64,000 bases of DNA from Actinomycetota bacterium (GCA_050693935.1 JBOGWU010000277.1:1289-65288); one strand, 5' to 3'. Counted from the stretch's first letter, positions 24,745 to 35,938 are shown. Numbers and translations are program-made. Notes: generated by a model not told the origin, from the sequence alone.

Positions 24745-25224
24745 CTAGTAGATGATGGCGTCGGGGCGGGCACGCCATCGATCGAGGACCGCTTTGGCCT
24801 CGTCTCGCATCAACTGCGACATCTCCAGCGAGCGCGACTCCAGCGCGAGGCCCAGCTCCCGATAGAGCCACTCGTCGTCGAAGCCGATCGCGGCGGCGTC
24901 CGCCCTGTGGTTGGCGAAGTAGACGTGCTCGACCCGTGCCCAGTACAACGCAGCCATGCACATCGGGCAGGGCTCGCTGCTGGAGTAGACGACGCAGCCG
25001 GCCAGGCGATGGTCCCCCAGGGTGCGGCATGCGTCTCGGATCGCGAGGATCTCGGCGTGAGCGCTCGGGTCCTTGTCGACGAGAACCCGGTTGCGGCCAC
25101 GGCCGACCACCTCGCCGCCCCGCACGACGATTGCGCCGAAGGGTCCTCCTGCGTCGTCCCCCACGGCCTCGGCCGAAAGGTCGATGGCCGCCTGCATGAA
25201 CCGGAACTCTGGATGTTTGGTCAC
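24745..25224 (-). CDS. guaD: Guanine deaminase-type CDA-fold nucleoside/nucleotide deaminase
   Basis: This is the C-terminal 159 codons of ORF 24745..26058, from the GTG at 25224. The sequence is GGPFGAIVVRGGEVVGRGRNRV...DPSAHAEILAIRDAC...SSSEPCPMCMAALYWARV...AAAIGFDDEWLYRE. The zinc motifs HAE and PCxxC are present, and the tail resembles Bacillus GuaD. Confidence 0.7.
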   Translation of the reverse strand: MTKHPEFRFMQAAIDLSAEAVGDDAGGPFGAIVVRGGEVVGRGRNRVLVDKDPSAHAEILAIRDACRTLGDHRLAGCVVYSSSEPCPMCMAALYWARVEHVYFANHRADAAAIGFDDEWLYRELGLALESRSLEMSQLMRDEAKAVLDRWRARPDAIIY

Positions 25225-25314
25225 AGCGCCTAATAATCCCCGACCGGCGCCTGAGTGGGGGGATTGAGGACCAATTCGACTCAAGAGCCCCAGGGGCATG
25301 CCGATGGAGTCAAC

Positions 25315-26391
25315 GTGCCAGACATTCACGATTTCCTGAGACTCGTCCTCGACCACAAAGCATCCGATTTGCACTTGAAGGCCGGCTCGCCGCCCACTCT
25401 TCGCGTGTCCGGAAATCTCGGACGCGTGAAGCTCGAGCGCCTGAGCGCGGCCGACTGCGAGCAGGCGGCCATGGTGATGATGAGCGAAGACCACATCGCC
25501 GAGCTCAAGGTCAAGGGCGAGGTCGATTTCGCCCATTCGGAGCCCGGGGTCGGGCGCTTCCGGGTCAACGTCCACCGCCAGCGGGGCAGCATCGCCATCG
25601 CCGCTCGCCTCGTGCTGGCGACGGTCCCCTCGTTTCAGTCGCTCGGACTTCCGAACGCCGTCGAGCAACTCGCCAACGAGCACCGTGGACTGCTGCTCGT
25701 CACGGGACCGACATCGTCGGGCAAGACGACCACCACCGGGGCCATCATCAGCCACATCAACAACACCAGGCCGGCTCACATTCTGACGATCGAGGATCCC
25801 ATCGAGATCCTGCACAACGATCAACAGTCGGTGGTGACTCAGCGAGAGATCGGGCAGGACACGGGTGATTTCGCAACCGCGCTGCGCGCGGCGATGCGCC
25901 AGGACCCAGACGTCATCTTCGTGGGCGAGATTCGCGACACCGAGACCGTGCGGGCCGCCCTGCAGGCGGCCGAGACCGGCCACTTCGTCGTAGCCACCAT
26001 GCACACGACCGACGTGTCCGAGACCGTCAACCGCGTCATCGACTTCTTTCCTCCGCACCAGCAGAACCAGGCACGCGTCGCCCTCGCGAGCACCATCGCG
26101 GGAGTCGTCTCGCAGCGACTACTCCCGCGCAAGGGCGGGGGCCGGGTCGCGGCCATCGAGGTAATGGTGATGAACGGACGCATCCGTGACCTGATCCTCA
26201 GCGCCGACAAGACCCACATGATGCACGAGATCATTGCGGAGTCCGGCTTCTACGGGATGCAGACCTTCGACCAGGCGCTGCTCGGCCTGTACCGGCAGGG
26301 TCTCGTCACGCTTGAGGACGCCAAGAACGCCGCGACCAACTCACACGACTTCCAGATCGCGCTGCGAGCCGAGGGCTTGCAGGAGATCTAG
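25315..26391 (+). CDS. pilT: Type IV pilus retraction ATPase PilT family
   Basis: This is ORF 25255..26391. The likely start is the GTG at 25315 (VPDIHDFLRLVLDHKASDLHLKAGSPP). The Walker A motif is GPTSSGKTTT. Other blocks are ILTIEDPIE, RAAMRQDPDVIFVGEIRD and GHFVVATMHT. Confidence 0.85.
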   Translation: MPDIHDFLRLVLDHKASDLHLKAGSPPTLRVSGNLGRVKLERLSAADCEQAAMVMMSEDHIAELKVKGEVDFAHSEPGVGRFRVNVHRQRGSIAIAARLVLATVPSFQSLGLPNAVEQLANEHRGLLLVTGPTSSGKTTTTGAIISHINNTRPAHILTIEDPIEILHNDQQSVVTQREIGQDTGDFATALRAAMRQDPDVIFVGEIRDTETVRAALQAAETGHFVVATMHTTDVSETVNRVIDFFPPHQQNQARVALASTIAGVVSQRLLPRKGGGRVAAIEVMVMNGRIRDLILSADKTHMMHEIIAESGFYGMQTFDQALLGLYRQGLVTLEDAKNAATNSHDFQIALRAEGLQEI

Positions 26392-26403
26392 GGGCGCTGC
26401 GAC

Positions 26404-27957
26404 TCACGCCCTGGAAGCCCCTTCGCGAGAGCGCAGCTTCGTAACCAGGTTGTTGAGGCTCGTGCGCTCCTGCGGGGTGAGGCCCGCCACCAGGTAGGCC
26501 GCCACGTACACGATCCCACCCAGGACTCCGAGTATCGCCAGGTCGAGCGGCGAGCGGGCGTCGAGAACTAGCTGCCCCGCCCACATCACCCCGGCGGCCG
26601 CGGCTCCAGGAATCAGCAGGCGCCCGTAGCGCGCGTCGTAGGGCTGAATTCGCACGAAGCGATGGACGAGCGTGAGCCTAAAGAGGTTCGAGACGGTGAA
26701 CGTGATGGCGTTGGCAAGCGCGGCTCCTTCGATGCCGTAGCGAGAGCAGAGCCAGATCGCGAGCACGACATCGAGCACGAGGGAGCTGACGTAGACGAGC
26801 AGGTCCCAGCCGGTGCGGCCCACCATGATCAGGATGAAGCCGGCGCTCCCCGTCACGACGTTGGCGAGTTGTCCCGCGAGCAGGATCAGCAGCGCGGTTC
26901 GCCCCGCGTCGGCGAAGTCCGAACCAAACAAGCTCATGACGGCATCGGGCGCGATCGCGATCAAGGCGAACACGGGCAGCGTTGCCGCCACCAGCCAGCG
27001 CGTGAGCGTCTTGTACAGGTCGTCGAGACGCGCGTGCTGACCTCGGTTGTAGAGGTCGGCCACGTAGGGACCGAACATCAGGTTGACGGACGTTAGAAAC
27101 AGCATCACCACCTGCCCGGCGCGCAGCGCCGCGGAGTAGACGCCCACTTCGGAATCGCTGACGAAGTAGGTGAGAACGAAGAGGTCGGTCCAGAACAAGA
27201 GTTGTGCAAACAGGGCGGCGGGCGCGCGCGGTCCCGCATAGCGCGCCAGCTTTCCGAGCCAGCCCACCTCCGGCGGCGCGATCTCCCAAGTTCGCGACTC
27301 CCTGCGCCACGACAGCCACGCTGCAACCGAGGCCGCCGCCCATGAGAGCGAGTAGGCCGCGATGCTGGCCGTGGCCGTCGTAGAAACCGTCCACATCAGC
27401 AGCGTCAGCAGTATCCATCCAACGTTCTGGCCCGCCCAGAAGATGAACAGGGTGTAGCGCATGATCTTGAGCCCGCGCGTCGCGGCCAGCCACACATTGG
27501 TGAGGGCGAGGAAGGGCAGCCCCGCGGCGGCGACCTCGACCGCCCAGCGATGATCAGCCCGGTCGACGTTGAACAGGCTGTAGATCGGCTCCGCGAAGAC
27601 AACGACGAGTCCGGCGACGGCGGCGCTGACCGCCAGGGCGATCCACGTCGCTCGCGCCACCGTCCCCCTGATGCGCCGCCACTCCCCCGTCCCGGCGTCC
27701 ACCGCCACGTCCCTCAAGACCGCCATGTCCATTCCGGCGCGCGTGGCGAAGGAGGCCACGAACGCCGCCTGAGTCAGCACCGTCACCACCCCGTAGCCGG
27801 CGCTGCCCAGGGTGCGGGTCATCAGCACCTGAATTACGAGTAGGGCGGCGGCGGCGACCCCAATGCCCACCACGTTCTGAGCGGTTCCTGACAGGATCGT
27901 GTGGTAATCCCCGCGGGGGGACTTCCCGCCCTCTTCGGCGCCGGGCGCCGCTCTCAT
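26404..27957 (-). CDS. Polysaccharide biosynthesis protein / oligosaccharide flippase (MOP/Wzx-like)
   Basis: 517 aa with about 14 hydrophobic segments, convergent with pilT and divergent from sqdB. Confidence 0.65.
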   Translation of the reverse strand: MRAAPGAEEGGKSPRGDYHTILSGTAQNVVGIGVAAAALLVIQVLMTRTLGSAGYGVVTVLTQAAFVASFATRAGMDMAVLRDVAVDAGTGEWRRIRGTVARATWIALAVSAAVAGLVVVFAEPIYSLFNVDRADHRWAVEVAAAGLPFLALTNVWLAATRGLKIMRYTLFIFWAGQNVGWILLTLLMWTVSTTATASIAAYSLSWAAASVAAWLSWRRESRTWEIAPPEVGWLGKLARYAGPRAPAALFAQLLFWTDLFVLTYFVSDSEVGVYSAALRAGQVVMLFLTSVNLMFGPYVADLYNRGQHARLDDLYKTLTRWLVAATLPVFALIAIAPDAVMSLFGSDFADAGRTALLILLAGQLANVVTGSAGFILIMVGRTGWDLLVYVSSLVLDVVLAIWLCSRYGIEGAALANAITFTVSNLFRLTLVHRFVRIQPYDARYGRLLIPGAAAAGVMWAGQLVLDARSPLDLAILGVLGGIVYVAAYLVAGLTPQERTSLNNLVTKLRSREGASRA

Positions 27958-28026
27958 CGTGCGAACTGGCTCGGCAAGTCAACCAACCTCGTGGCTCAAA
28001 GACGTCGTAGTGAACGGGAACGCTAG

Positions 28027-29271
<1,245 letters not shown>

Positions 29272-29291
29272 AAAAGGTGCCGGCCTCGTTC

Positions 29292-29333
29292 CTGGACCCT
29301 AGGGGGTGTGTTTCGCGACACTTCGGGGTCCAG
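29292..29333 (+). other. Imperfect stem-loop 21 nt downstream of the sqdB stop (possible U-tract-less terminator or leader structure)
   Basis: CTGGACCC at 29292-29299 pairs with GGGTCCAG at 29326-29333 (8 bp). An inner GTGT/ACAC stem sits at 29308-29321. No T-run follows. Confidence 0.25.
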
Positions 29334-29560
29334 AAAGACCCCAAACCGGCATCGAGGGGAAATGGGAGCTCACCGGCCTTGAGAGAGCCCGATGCCTTTC
29401 GAGGTCCGACGAACCCGACGGCCCTCCGCGGCGCTCCCCCGGCTTGATCGCACGCGGGAGGCATTATCCTGCTCGTTCCATCCTCGAGTGCCCTAGGCTC
29501 TCGGGCTGGCTGCCGACAATGGGACGGCCCTGAACCGCAGAGGAGGCCACGATCAAAGCG

Positions 29561-30616
29561 TTGGTGCTGTCGGGGGGGCACGGAATCCGCCTGCGCCCGA
29601 TAACCCATACCAGTGCCAAGCAGCTCGTGCCTATAGGGAATCGCCCGATCATCGATTTCGGCCTCGAGGCGATTGCGGAGGCGGGCGTCGAAGACGTGGG
29701 TATCGTGGTTGGTGAAACTCATGCCGAGATCGAGGCTTACGTCGGCGACGGTTCCCGGTACGGGATAGCGGTCACCTACATCTACCAGTCGGCCCCTCTG
29801 GGCCTCGCGCATGCGGTGCTCACGGCGGAGGAGTTCTTGGACAACGAGCCCTTCGTGATGTTTCTGGGCGACAACCTGATCGCCGGGGGTATCAGCGAGT
29901 TCGTGCAGCACTTCGTCAAGAGCAGACCCACGGCGCAGATCCTGCTCGCGAAGGTCCACGACCCCGAGCGATTCGGAGTCGCGGAGCTCGACGAGCTCGG
30001 CGGGGTGCGCCGATTGCTTGAGAAGCCTGCCGACCCCCCGAGCGATCTCGCGCTCGTGGGCGTTTACATGTTCTCGTCCCGGATCATGGAAGCGGCGCGA
30101 GCGATCCAACCGAGTGCTCGAGGCGAGCTCGAGATCACGGACGCGATCCAGTGGATGATCGACGCGGGAGATGATGTCCAGTCACAGATCATCGAGGGGT
30201 GGTGGAAAGACACCGGCCAGGTGGTCGATCTCTTGGAGGCGAACCGCATCGTGCTGGACACGTTGGAGTCAAGGATCGTGGGCAATGTGGACGCAGACTC
30301 GGAGGTCCAGGGACGGGTGGTCATCGAAGAGGGAGCGGTGCTTGTCAACAGCTACGTCCGGGGGCCGGCGACGATCGGATGCGGAGCCAAGCTGGTGAAC
30401 ACGTTCATCGGCCCTTACACGTCGGTGGGCCAGGATTGCGTGCTAACGGACTGCGAGGTGGAGCACTCGATCATCCTTGAGAAAAGCAGGATCGAGGGGA
30501 TCCGTCGAATCGAGGACTCGTTGATCGGCAAACAGGTCGAGGTGGCACCCGCCGGCGAGAAGCCGCGCGCCTTTCGACTGGTCCTCGGGGACCACAGCCG
30601 GGTGGGCCTCCTGTAG
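29561..30616 (+). CDS. rmlA: Glucose-1-phosphate thymidylyltransferase, long form (nucleotidyltransferase domain plus a left-handed beta-helix C-terminus)
   Basis: LVLSGGHGIRLRPITHTSAKQLVPIGNRPII...LGDNLI...EKP...GVYMF..., with a hexapeptide-repeat-like tail. The TTG at 29561 is the first canonical start. The frame is open from 29534, and a strong SD gaggagg (29539-29545) precedes an ATC at 29552. Confidence 0.8.
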   Translation: MVLSGGHGIRLRPITHTSAKQLVPIGNRPIIDFGLEAIAEAGVEDVGIVVGETHAEIEAYVGDGSRYGIAVTYIYQSAPLGLAHAVLTAEEFLDNEPFVMFLGDNLIAGGISEFVQHFVKSRPTAQILLAKVHDPERFGVAELDELGGVRRLLEKPADPPSDLALVGVYMFSSRIMEAARAIQPSARGELEITDAIQWMIDAGDDVQSQIIEGWWKDTGQVVDLLEANRIVLDTLESRIVGNVDADSEVQGRVVIEEGAVLVNSYVRGPATIGCGAKLVNTFIGPYTSVGQDCVLTDCEVEHSIILEKSRIEGIRRIEDSLIGKQVEVAPAGEKPRAFRLVLGDHSRVGLL

Positions 30617-31636
30617 ATGCGGCTCTTCGTTACGGGGGGCGCGGGGTTCATCGGATCCAACTTCATTCGTTGGGTGCTTGCCAATGACGTCCATGTCCGC
30701 ATAACCAATTACGACGTGCTCACCTACGCGGGGAACCCGGCCAACCTCCGAGGCCTTGAAGACGACCCCCGTTATGGCTTTGTGCAAGGCGACATCTGCG
30801 ATGTTGCGACCTTGTCTGAGCATCTGCCCGGACACGACGCGGTCGTGAACTTCGCCGCCACATCCCACGTAGACCGATCTATCGAAGGAGCTACGGAGTT
30901 CGTGCGGACCAACGTGGTCGGTGCCAACAGCCTCTTCGATGCGGCGATGCGTCTGAAGATCGAGAGGTTCCTGCACGTCTCGACCGACGAGACCTACGGT
31001 TCCATCGCGGAGCCCGGAGTCTTCTACGAGGGAGATGCCCTCGAGCCGAACAGCCCCTACGCGGCGTCAAAGGCTGCGGCGGACCTGCTTGCACGGTCCT
31101 ATCGGATGACCCACGGCTACCCCATCGTCATCACTCGCACGTCGAACACATTCGGTCCCTACCAGTTCCCCGAGAAGATCGTTCCTCTGTTCGTCACCAA
31201 CCTGATCGACGGGCTCAAGGTTCCTCTCTACGGTGACGGCCGCAACGTGCGCGACTGGACCTACGTGATCGACAATGTGCGCGCGCAATGGCTGGTGCTC
31301 ACCGAGGGCCAAGCCGGCGAGACCTACAACATCGGAGCGGGCAACGAAATGTCCAATGAAGAGTTGACTCATAGACTCCTGGAGCGCCTTGGTCGGCGCG
31401 GTAGGGAGGCGGAGGAGATGATCGAGTGGGTTGCCGATCGACCGGGCCACGACCTTCGTTACGCGATCGATTCCACGCGCGTCCGAGAGCTTGGCTGGAG
31501 ACCCGAGTCCACGTTTGACGAGGCGCTGGATGAGACGATCGCGTGGTACCGGGCGAACGAGTGGTGGTGGCGACCTCTCCAGGCACGAGGCGCCAGCCGG
31601 CGCCGGGGTCTCGGGCGCGTGCGGACGGCAACCTAG
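30617..31636 (+). CDS. rmlB: dTDP-glucose 4,6-dehydratase
   Basis: MRLFVTGGAGFIGSNFIRW...HVSTDETYGS...PYAASKAAADLLARSY...RTSNTFGPYQFPEKIVP. The start abuts the rmlA stop. Confidence 0.9.
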   Translation: MRLFVTGGAGFIGSNFIRWVLANDVHVRITNYDVLTYAGNPANLRGLEDDPRYGFVQGDICDVATLSEHLPGHDAVVNFAATSHVDRSIEGATEFVRTNVVGANSLFDAAMRLKIERFLHVSTDETYGSIAEPGVFYEGDALEPNSPYAASKAAADLLARSYRMTHGYPIVITRTSNTFGPYQFPEKIVPLFVTNLIDGLKVPLYGDGRNVRDWTYVIDNVRAQWLVLTEGQAGETYNIGAGNEMSNEELTHRLLERLGRRGREAEEMIEWVADRPGHDLRYAIDSTRVRELGWRPESTFDEALDETIAWYRANEWWWRPLQARGASRRRGLGRVRTAT

Positions 31637-31646
31637 CGGCCCCGCG

Positions 31647-32324
31647 ATGACGACCGGCTCGGGATCCCTGGAGCACCCCACCTACTGGTGGTACGTCGCG
31701 CGCAGGCGGCTCCTGGAGCGGGTTCTCGGCCCTTACGTATCCGCCGGGGACAGGATCCTCGACGTCGGAAGCGCGGACGGACCAAGCGTGGAGTGGCTTG
31801 GAGACCGGGTTTCGCTTGACATCGACCCGCGCGGCCTGCGGGCCGGCGGCGTCTCCGGCGCGGTCGAGTCGCTTCCCTTTTCCGATGACCGCTTCGATGT
31901 AGTGTGCGCGTTCGACGTGGTCGAGCACTGTCTCGACGAGACCAGGGCGTTGTCGGAGCTTCGACGTGTGACGAGACCGGGCGGCGCGGTGCTGCTGGCG
32001 GTCCCCGCCTACCAATGGATGTGGAGCGCTTTCGATGCTCGGGCAGGCCACCACCGGCGTTACACCCGAACTCGTTTGAAGCAGGCCACAGAGGCCGTCG
32101 GCTTGAAGGTCGAGCGGGCAACCTACGTCTTTGCCTCGACCCTGCCGTTCTTCATCGCGGCACGCCTCGTGACCAAGCTGAGAGGCTCGGGCGATCGCGT
32201 CCAAGCTCTCCCACCATTTGTGGCACGGTCGCTGCTCGCCGTGGCGCGGCTCGACGAGATGCTGCTGGCTCGCTGGAACCTCCCGGTCGGTTCATCAGTC
32301 GTTCTGTGCGGAAGAAAGGTGTAG
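31647..32324 (+). CDS. Class I SAM-dependent methyltransferase
   Basis: This is ORF 31431..32324 trimmed to the ATG at 31647, just after the rmlB stop. Blocks present: ILDVGSADGP...FDVVCAFDVVEH...RPGGAVLLAVP. Confidence 0.75.
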   Translation: MTTGSGSLEHPTYWWYVARRRLLERVLGPYVSAGDRILDVGSADGPSVEWLGDRVSLDIDPRGLRAGGVSGAVESLPFSDDRFDVVCAFDVVEHCLDETRALSELRRVTRPGGAVLLAVPAYQWMWSAFDARAGHHRRYTRTRLKQATEAVGLKVERATYVFASTLPFFIAARLVTKLRGSGDRVQALPPFVARSLLAVARLDEMLLARWNLPVGSSVVLCGRKV

Positions 32325-32361
32325 TCGTGATCGGTGGCGCAACAGCCCTCCTCCGAGAGTC

Positions 32362-33522
32362 GTGACGTCTCGACGGGACGAGCTGGAACCGATCCGCTTC
32401 AACCAACCGGCGATCGAGGGCCGGGAGCTAGAGTACATCCGCGCCTCAGTGGAGCAGGGTCACACATCGTCTTCCGGGCCGTTCGGATCACGAGTCGCGC
32501 AGTTGCTTGCGGACGAGACCGGCGCGAGCGAGGTGCTAATGACCACTTCGTGCACGGCGGCGCTCGAGTTGGCCGCGATGTTGCTGGAGCTTGAACCCGG
32601 AGATACCGTGGTAGTTCCCTCCTTCACCTTCACTTCCACTGCCCTCGCCTTCGCCCGCGAGGGCGCCCGGATAGTCTTCTGTGACATCGAACCCGAGACG
32701 TTGGGGATCGATCCCGAGCGCCTCGCTTTGGTAATGGACGAGTCCGTGCGGGCCGTCGTTCCCGTCCACTATGCGGGCGTTGCCGGTGACATGGGGGGAC
32801 TGTTCGAGGTCCTCGCTTCATGGCCTGGGGTCGCCGTGATCGAGGACAACGCCCACGGGCTGTTCGGTCGATGGCGAGAGCGACCCCTGGGAAGCCTGGG
32901 TCGGTTCTCGACGCTGAGTTTCCACGAGACGAAGAACTTCGTATGCGGAGAAGGCGGCGCGCTGGTGCTGAACGACGCGGCCGACGTCGACCGAGCGCGC
33001 GTGTTGTACGACAAGGGGACCAACCGTCGGGCCTTCTTCCTCGGCCAGGTGGACAAGTACTCGTGGAAGGACGTGGGCTCGTCTTTCGGGCTGGCCGACT
33101 CGCTGGCCGCATTCCTATGGGCTCAGCTCGAGCAGCGGGAAGTCATCCTGGCCAAGCGGCGCACCGTTTGGGAACGCTACCTCGGGCTGCTCCAACCCCA
33201 CGCCGCCGAGCATGGATTTTCACTGCCCGTTGTCCCAGGGGACCGTCGACAGGGGTATCACATGTTCTATGTACTGCTACCGGACAACCACGCCCGCGAT
33301 CACGTCTTGGGTCGCATGCGGGCCGAGGGAGTGCAACCGACATTTCACTACGTCCCTCTCCATAGCTCGGACGGGGGGCGCAAGTTCTCGGCCAAACCCA
33401 GCGCCTGCCCGGTGACCGACGACATCAGTGGGCGGCTGCTACGGCTGCCTTTCTACAACAACCTTTCCAGCGCGGACGTGAATCGAGTGGTGACTACATT
33501 CCTGGAGGCCCTTCGGCCGTGA
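32362..33522 (+). CDS. wecE: dTDP-4-amino-4,6-dideoxyhexose transaminase (WecE/DegT/DnrJ/EryC1 family)
   Basis: This is ORF 32218..33522 trimmed to the GTG at 32362. WecE-like blocks are present: RFNQPAIEGRELEYI, TTSCTAALELAA, VVVPSFTFTSTA, VHYAGVA, SFHETKNFVCGEGGAL, DKGTNRRAFFLGQVDKYSWKDVGSS, HMFYVLL, FHYVPLHSS and LLRLPFYNNLS. Confidence 0.8.
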   Translation: MTSRRDELEPIRFNQPAIEGRELEYIRASVEQGHTSSSGPFGSRVAQLLADETGASEVLMTTSCTAALELAAMLLELEPGDTVVVPSFTFTSTALAFAREGARIVFCDIEPETLGIDPERLALVMDESVRAVVPVHYAGVAGDMGGLFEVLASWPGVAVIEDNAHGLFGRWRERPLGSLGRFSTLSFHETKNFVCGEGGALVLNDAADVDRARVLYDKGTNRRAFFLGQVDKYSWKDVGSSFGLADSLAAFLWAQLEQREVILAKRRTVWERYLGLLQPHAAEHGFSLPVVPGDRRQGYHMFYVLLPDNHARDHVLGRMRAEGVQPTFHYVPLHSSDGGRKFSAKPSACPVTDDISGRLLRLPFYNNLSSADVNRVVTTFLEALRP

Positions 33523-34729
33523 AGTCCATCGGAGCCCGCAACTCGCGAAGGGGTGCAGCAAGCATCCAGGCGAACGCGATCACCTGCGCCGCCACGAACG
33601 CGGTAACAACTCGGTCGAGGGGCTCGAACGGCAGCGTAATCAGAAGCGCCGCGCCGACGACCACGGCCGTGAGCCAGCCCCAATTGAGGGGGCGTGAGGT
33701 ACCGCACGCAAGCATCAGCAGCAGCAGGGCGAGATTGCCCACGGCCACTGTGGTTCCGACGCCAATCAGGGCGGGCGTGTGCCAGGGGAGGGCGACATCG
33801 GGGCCGAAGACCAAGCGCAGACCGGGCTCGACGACGGTTGCCCCTGCGATAAACGCTATGGTCGCCAGTCCGACCACGGACGTCAGGATCCACCTCCGGA
33901 CGCTTCGGAGGCGCCGGCTGTCGTCGGCCAGGACCATCCGGGTCAGGGTCGGGGTGAGCTGCGGTGCCATGCCGAGCGCGATCAGGTAAGGCGCGCGCCA
34001 CACCGCCATGGTCACGAACAACGAGGTGACCTGTTGGGGCGCGCCTCCGAGCGCAGCCAGCGCGACGGGGCCCCCGGTGAGAACGATCTGAGCGATAAGC
34101 GAGCCGGCCGCCACCCCGGATACCAGTGCCAGTGGAGAGGAGATCAACTCGGTTCCGCCGGAATCCCGATCGTGGTACCTGAGGCTCGAGGGCCACAGGA
34201 GACCCGAGAGGGGGCCGGCGACGAGAGCCAGGCCGAACGCAACGGCGCCACCGCCGTTCACCACCACCACGGCCCCCCCGAGCACGCGGACGAGGTTGTC
34301 GGCCGCCATCGACATCCCGGTCGCGGCGTAGCGGCCCCGCCCGGCGAGGCCGCCCCGCACCGAGCCCGAGAAGGTCGCCCCCGCGGTGATCCCGGCAACC
34401 ATTGCGGGGTACACGATCGACTGGTCATGGAACAGGACCTCCCGTGCGAGGTACGCGACAACCCCGCTGAACGCCGACAAGACGGCGGTTCCGACCCAGA
34501 TGCGACTCCGCGAGCGCGCCAGTGTGCCCTCGGCTCCCTGGGTGATTAGCCGGATCGTCCAGTGCTGCAGGGGAAAGGTGAGGATCGCGGCGGCCATCGT
34601 CCAGTAGGTCCAGAGGACCGATATGGGGGCCGCGTCCCGGGCGCCCAGCGCACGGGTGGCCATGGCGAAAAAGACGTAGGCGAGCAGGCCCCCGGCGATG
34701 GTTCCGGCACCAAGGGCTCCCGTTCGCAT
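33494..34729 (-). CDS. Polytopic membrane protein, flippase/MOP-like
   Basis: This is ORF 33494..34888 trimmed to the ATG at 34727-34729 (MRTGALGAGTIAGGLLAYVFF...). It has about 12 hydrophobic segments. Its 3' end overlaps the wecE 3' end by 29 nt (convergent). Confidence 0.5.
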   Translation of the reverse strand: MRTGALGAGTIAGGLLAYVFFAMATRALGARDAAPISVLWTYWTMAAAILTFPLQHWTIRLITQGAEGTLARSRSRIWVGTAVLSAFSGVVAYLAREVLFHDQSIVYPAMVAGITAGATFSGSVRGGLAGRGRYAATGMSMAADNLVRVLGGAVVVVNGGGAVAFGLALVAGPLSGLLWPSSLRYHDRDSGGTELISSPLALVSGVAAGSLIAQIVLTGGPVALAALGGAPQQVTSLFVTMAVWRAPYLIALGMAPQLTPTLTRMVLADDSRRLRSVRRWILTSVVGLATIAFIAGATVVEPGLRLVFGPDVALPWHTPALIGVGTTVAVGNLALLLLMLACGTSRPLNWGWLTAVVVGAALLITLPFEPLDRVVTAFVAAQVIAFAWMLAAPLRELRAPMDFTAEGPPGM

Positions 34730-34915
34730 CAACACGCGCGCCCGCACTCTGCCTCCCTGCTCCCACGAGGGGGACCCGGCTCGAGAACCCCCATCCTGCC
34801 AGCGATCACGGGAGGCCTGTCGGGCCCCCCTATGCCACTTTCCACCCCGCTCCTGGGGTAGCCTGACCGACGGAGTGCGGATCACCACACCTGCCGGTGC
34901 AAGAGGATCTCTTGG

Positions 34916-35938
34916 GTGACCATGTCTGAAACCCCTGGCTCAATCTCAAATGCTGTGGACGCGGATTTGAGCGCGCGCGAGCGGGTCTCGGAATCGACAA
35001 TCATGGATCCCGCCGCCTTCACCTATTCCATTGTGATCCCGGTCTTCAACAGCGAGGCAATCGTGGGCGAGACCATCGACCGCGTCGTGAAGTTCTTCTC
35101 CGAGGCGGGTCTCAGGTTCGAGCTCATCCTGGTCAATGACGGCAGCCGGGACGGCAGTTGGAACGTCCTCAAGCAGCATGCTCGGGCGAGCCCCAACATC
35201 GTGGCGCTCAATCTCTTACACAACTCCGGTCAGCACAGGGCTAACCTCGCCGGGTTCCGTGAGGCCACCGGGGACTACATCATCACGATGGACGACGATC
35301 TGCAGAACCCCCCCGACCAGATCGGGCTCCTGATCGACGAGGCGATGAAGAGCAGAGACGTTGTCTTCGGCAAGTTCTCCCACAAGCAGGCGCCCGGCCA
35401 CAGAGCCCTCGGCAGCAAGGCCATAAGCTTGATCAACCGCCGCATCTTCGGCCAGCCGCCCGATCTGACGGTCTCCAACTTCCGCATCCTGCGTCGGGAC
35501 GTCGTGGATCGGATATGCGCCTCGAGGACGGCCTACCCGTACATCACCGGGCAGGCGCTGCTGTACTCGAGCAACCGCGCCAATGTGACCGTGCGACACG
35601 ACCAGCGACCCGTTGGAGGGAGTTCTTACAACTTCGTTCGAATAGCTCGCCTCGTCGCGGCGATCCTGTTCAGCTACTCGTCCTTCCCGCTGCGTCTGGC
35701 CGCGTTCATCGGCTTCCTTATCTCGGTTTTCTCGTTCGTCATCGGAGCCGTCTATTTGATCCACGGTCTTGTCAGCGACTCGAGCGTTGAAGGGTGGACT
35801 TCGTTGATCGTGATGCTGGCATTCTTCAACGGCGTGACGATCGCCCTGCTCTCGATGCTCGGCGAGTATGTCGTGCGAACGCTCAACTCGGTCAGCGCGA
35901 ACGAGCCCTACCATGTTGTGGAACGCATTCACGGATGA
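34916..35938 (+). CDS. GT2 polyprenyl-phosphate glycosyltransferase (ArnC/GtrB/DPM1-like) with two C-terminal TM helices
   Basis: YSIVIPVFNSE...LILVNDGSRDGS...ITMDDDLQNPPDQI...SNFRILRRDV, followed by the hydrophobic segments FPLRLAAFIGFLISVFSFVIGAVYLI and LIVMLAFFNGVTIALLSML. The start is the GTG at 34916 or the ATG at 34922. Confidence 0.8.
   Translation: MTMSETPGSISNAVDADLSARERVSESTIMDPAAFTYSIVIPVFNSEAIVGETIDRVVKFFSEAGLRFELILVNDGSRDGSWNVLKQHARASPNIVALNLLHNSGQHRANLAGFREATGDYIITMDDDLQNPPDQIGLLIDEAMKSRDVVFGKFSHKQAPGHRALGSKAISLINRRIFGQPPDLTVSNFRILRRDVVDRICASRTAYPYITGQALLYSSNRANVTVRHDQRPVGGSSYNFVRIARLVAAILFSYSSFPLRLAAFIGFLISVFSFVIGAVYLIHGLVSDSSVEGWTSLIVMLAFFNGVTIALLSMLGEYVVRTLNSVSANEPYHVVERIHG

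Noticed and set aside
24745-26058. The 437-aa form of the deaminase ORF
   Set aside because: Only the last 159 codons look like a protein (a CDA-fold deaminase). The upstream ~280 codons run antisense through pilT and are compositionally shadow-like.
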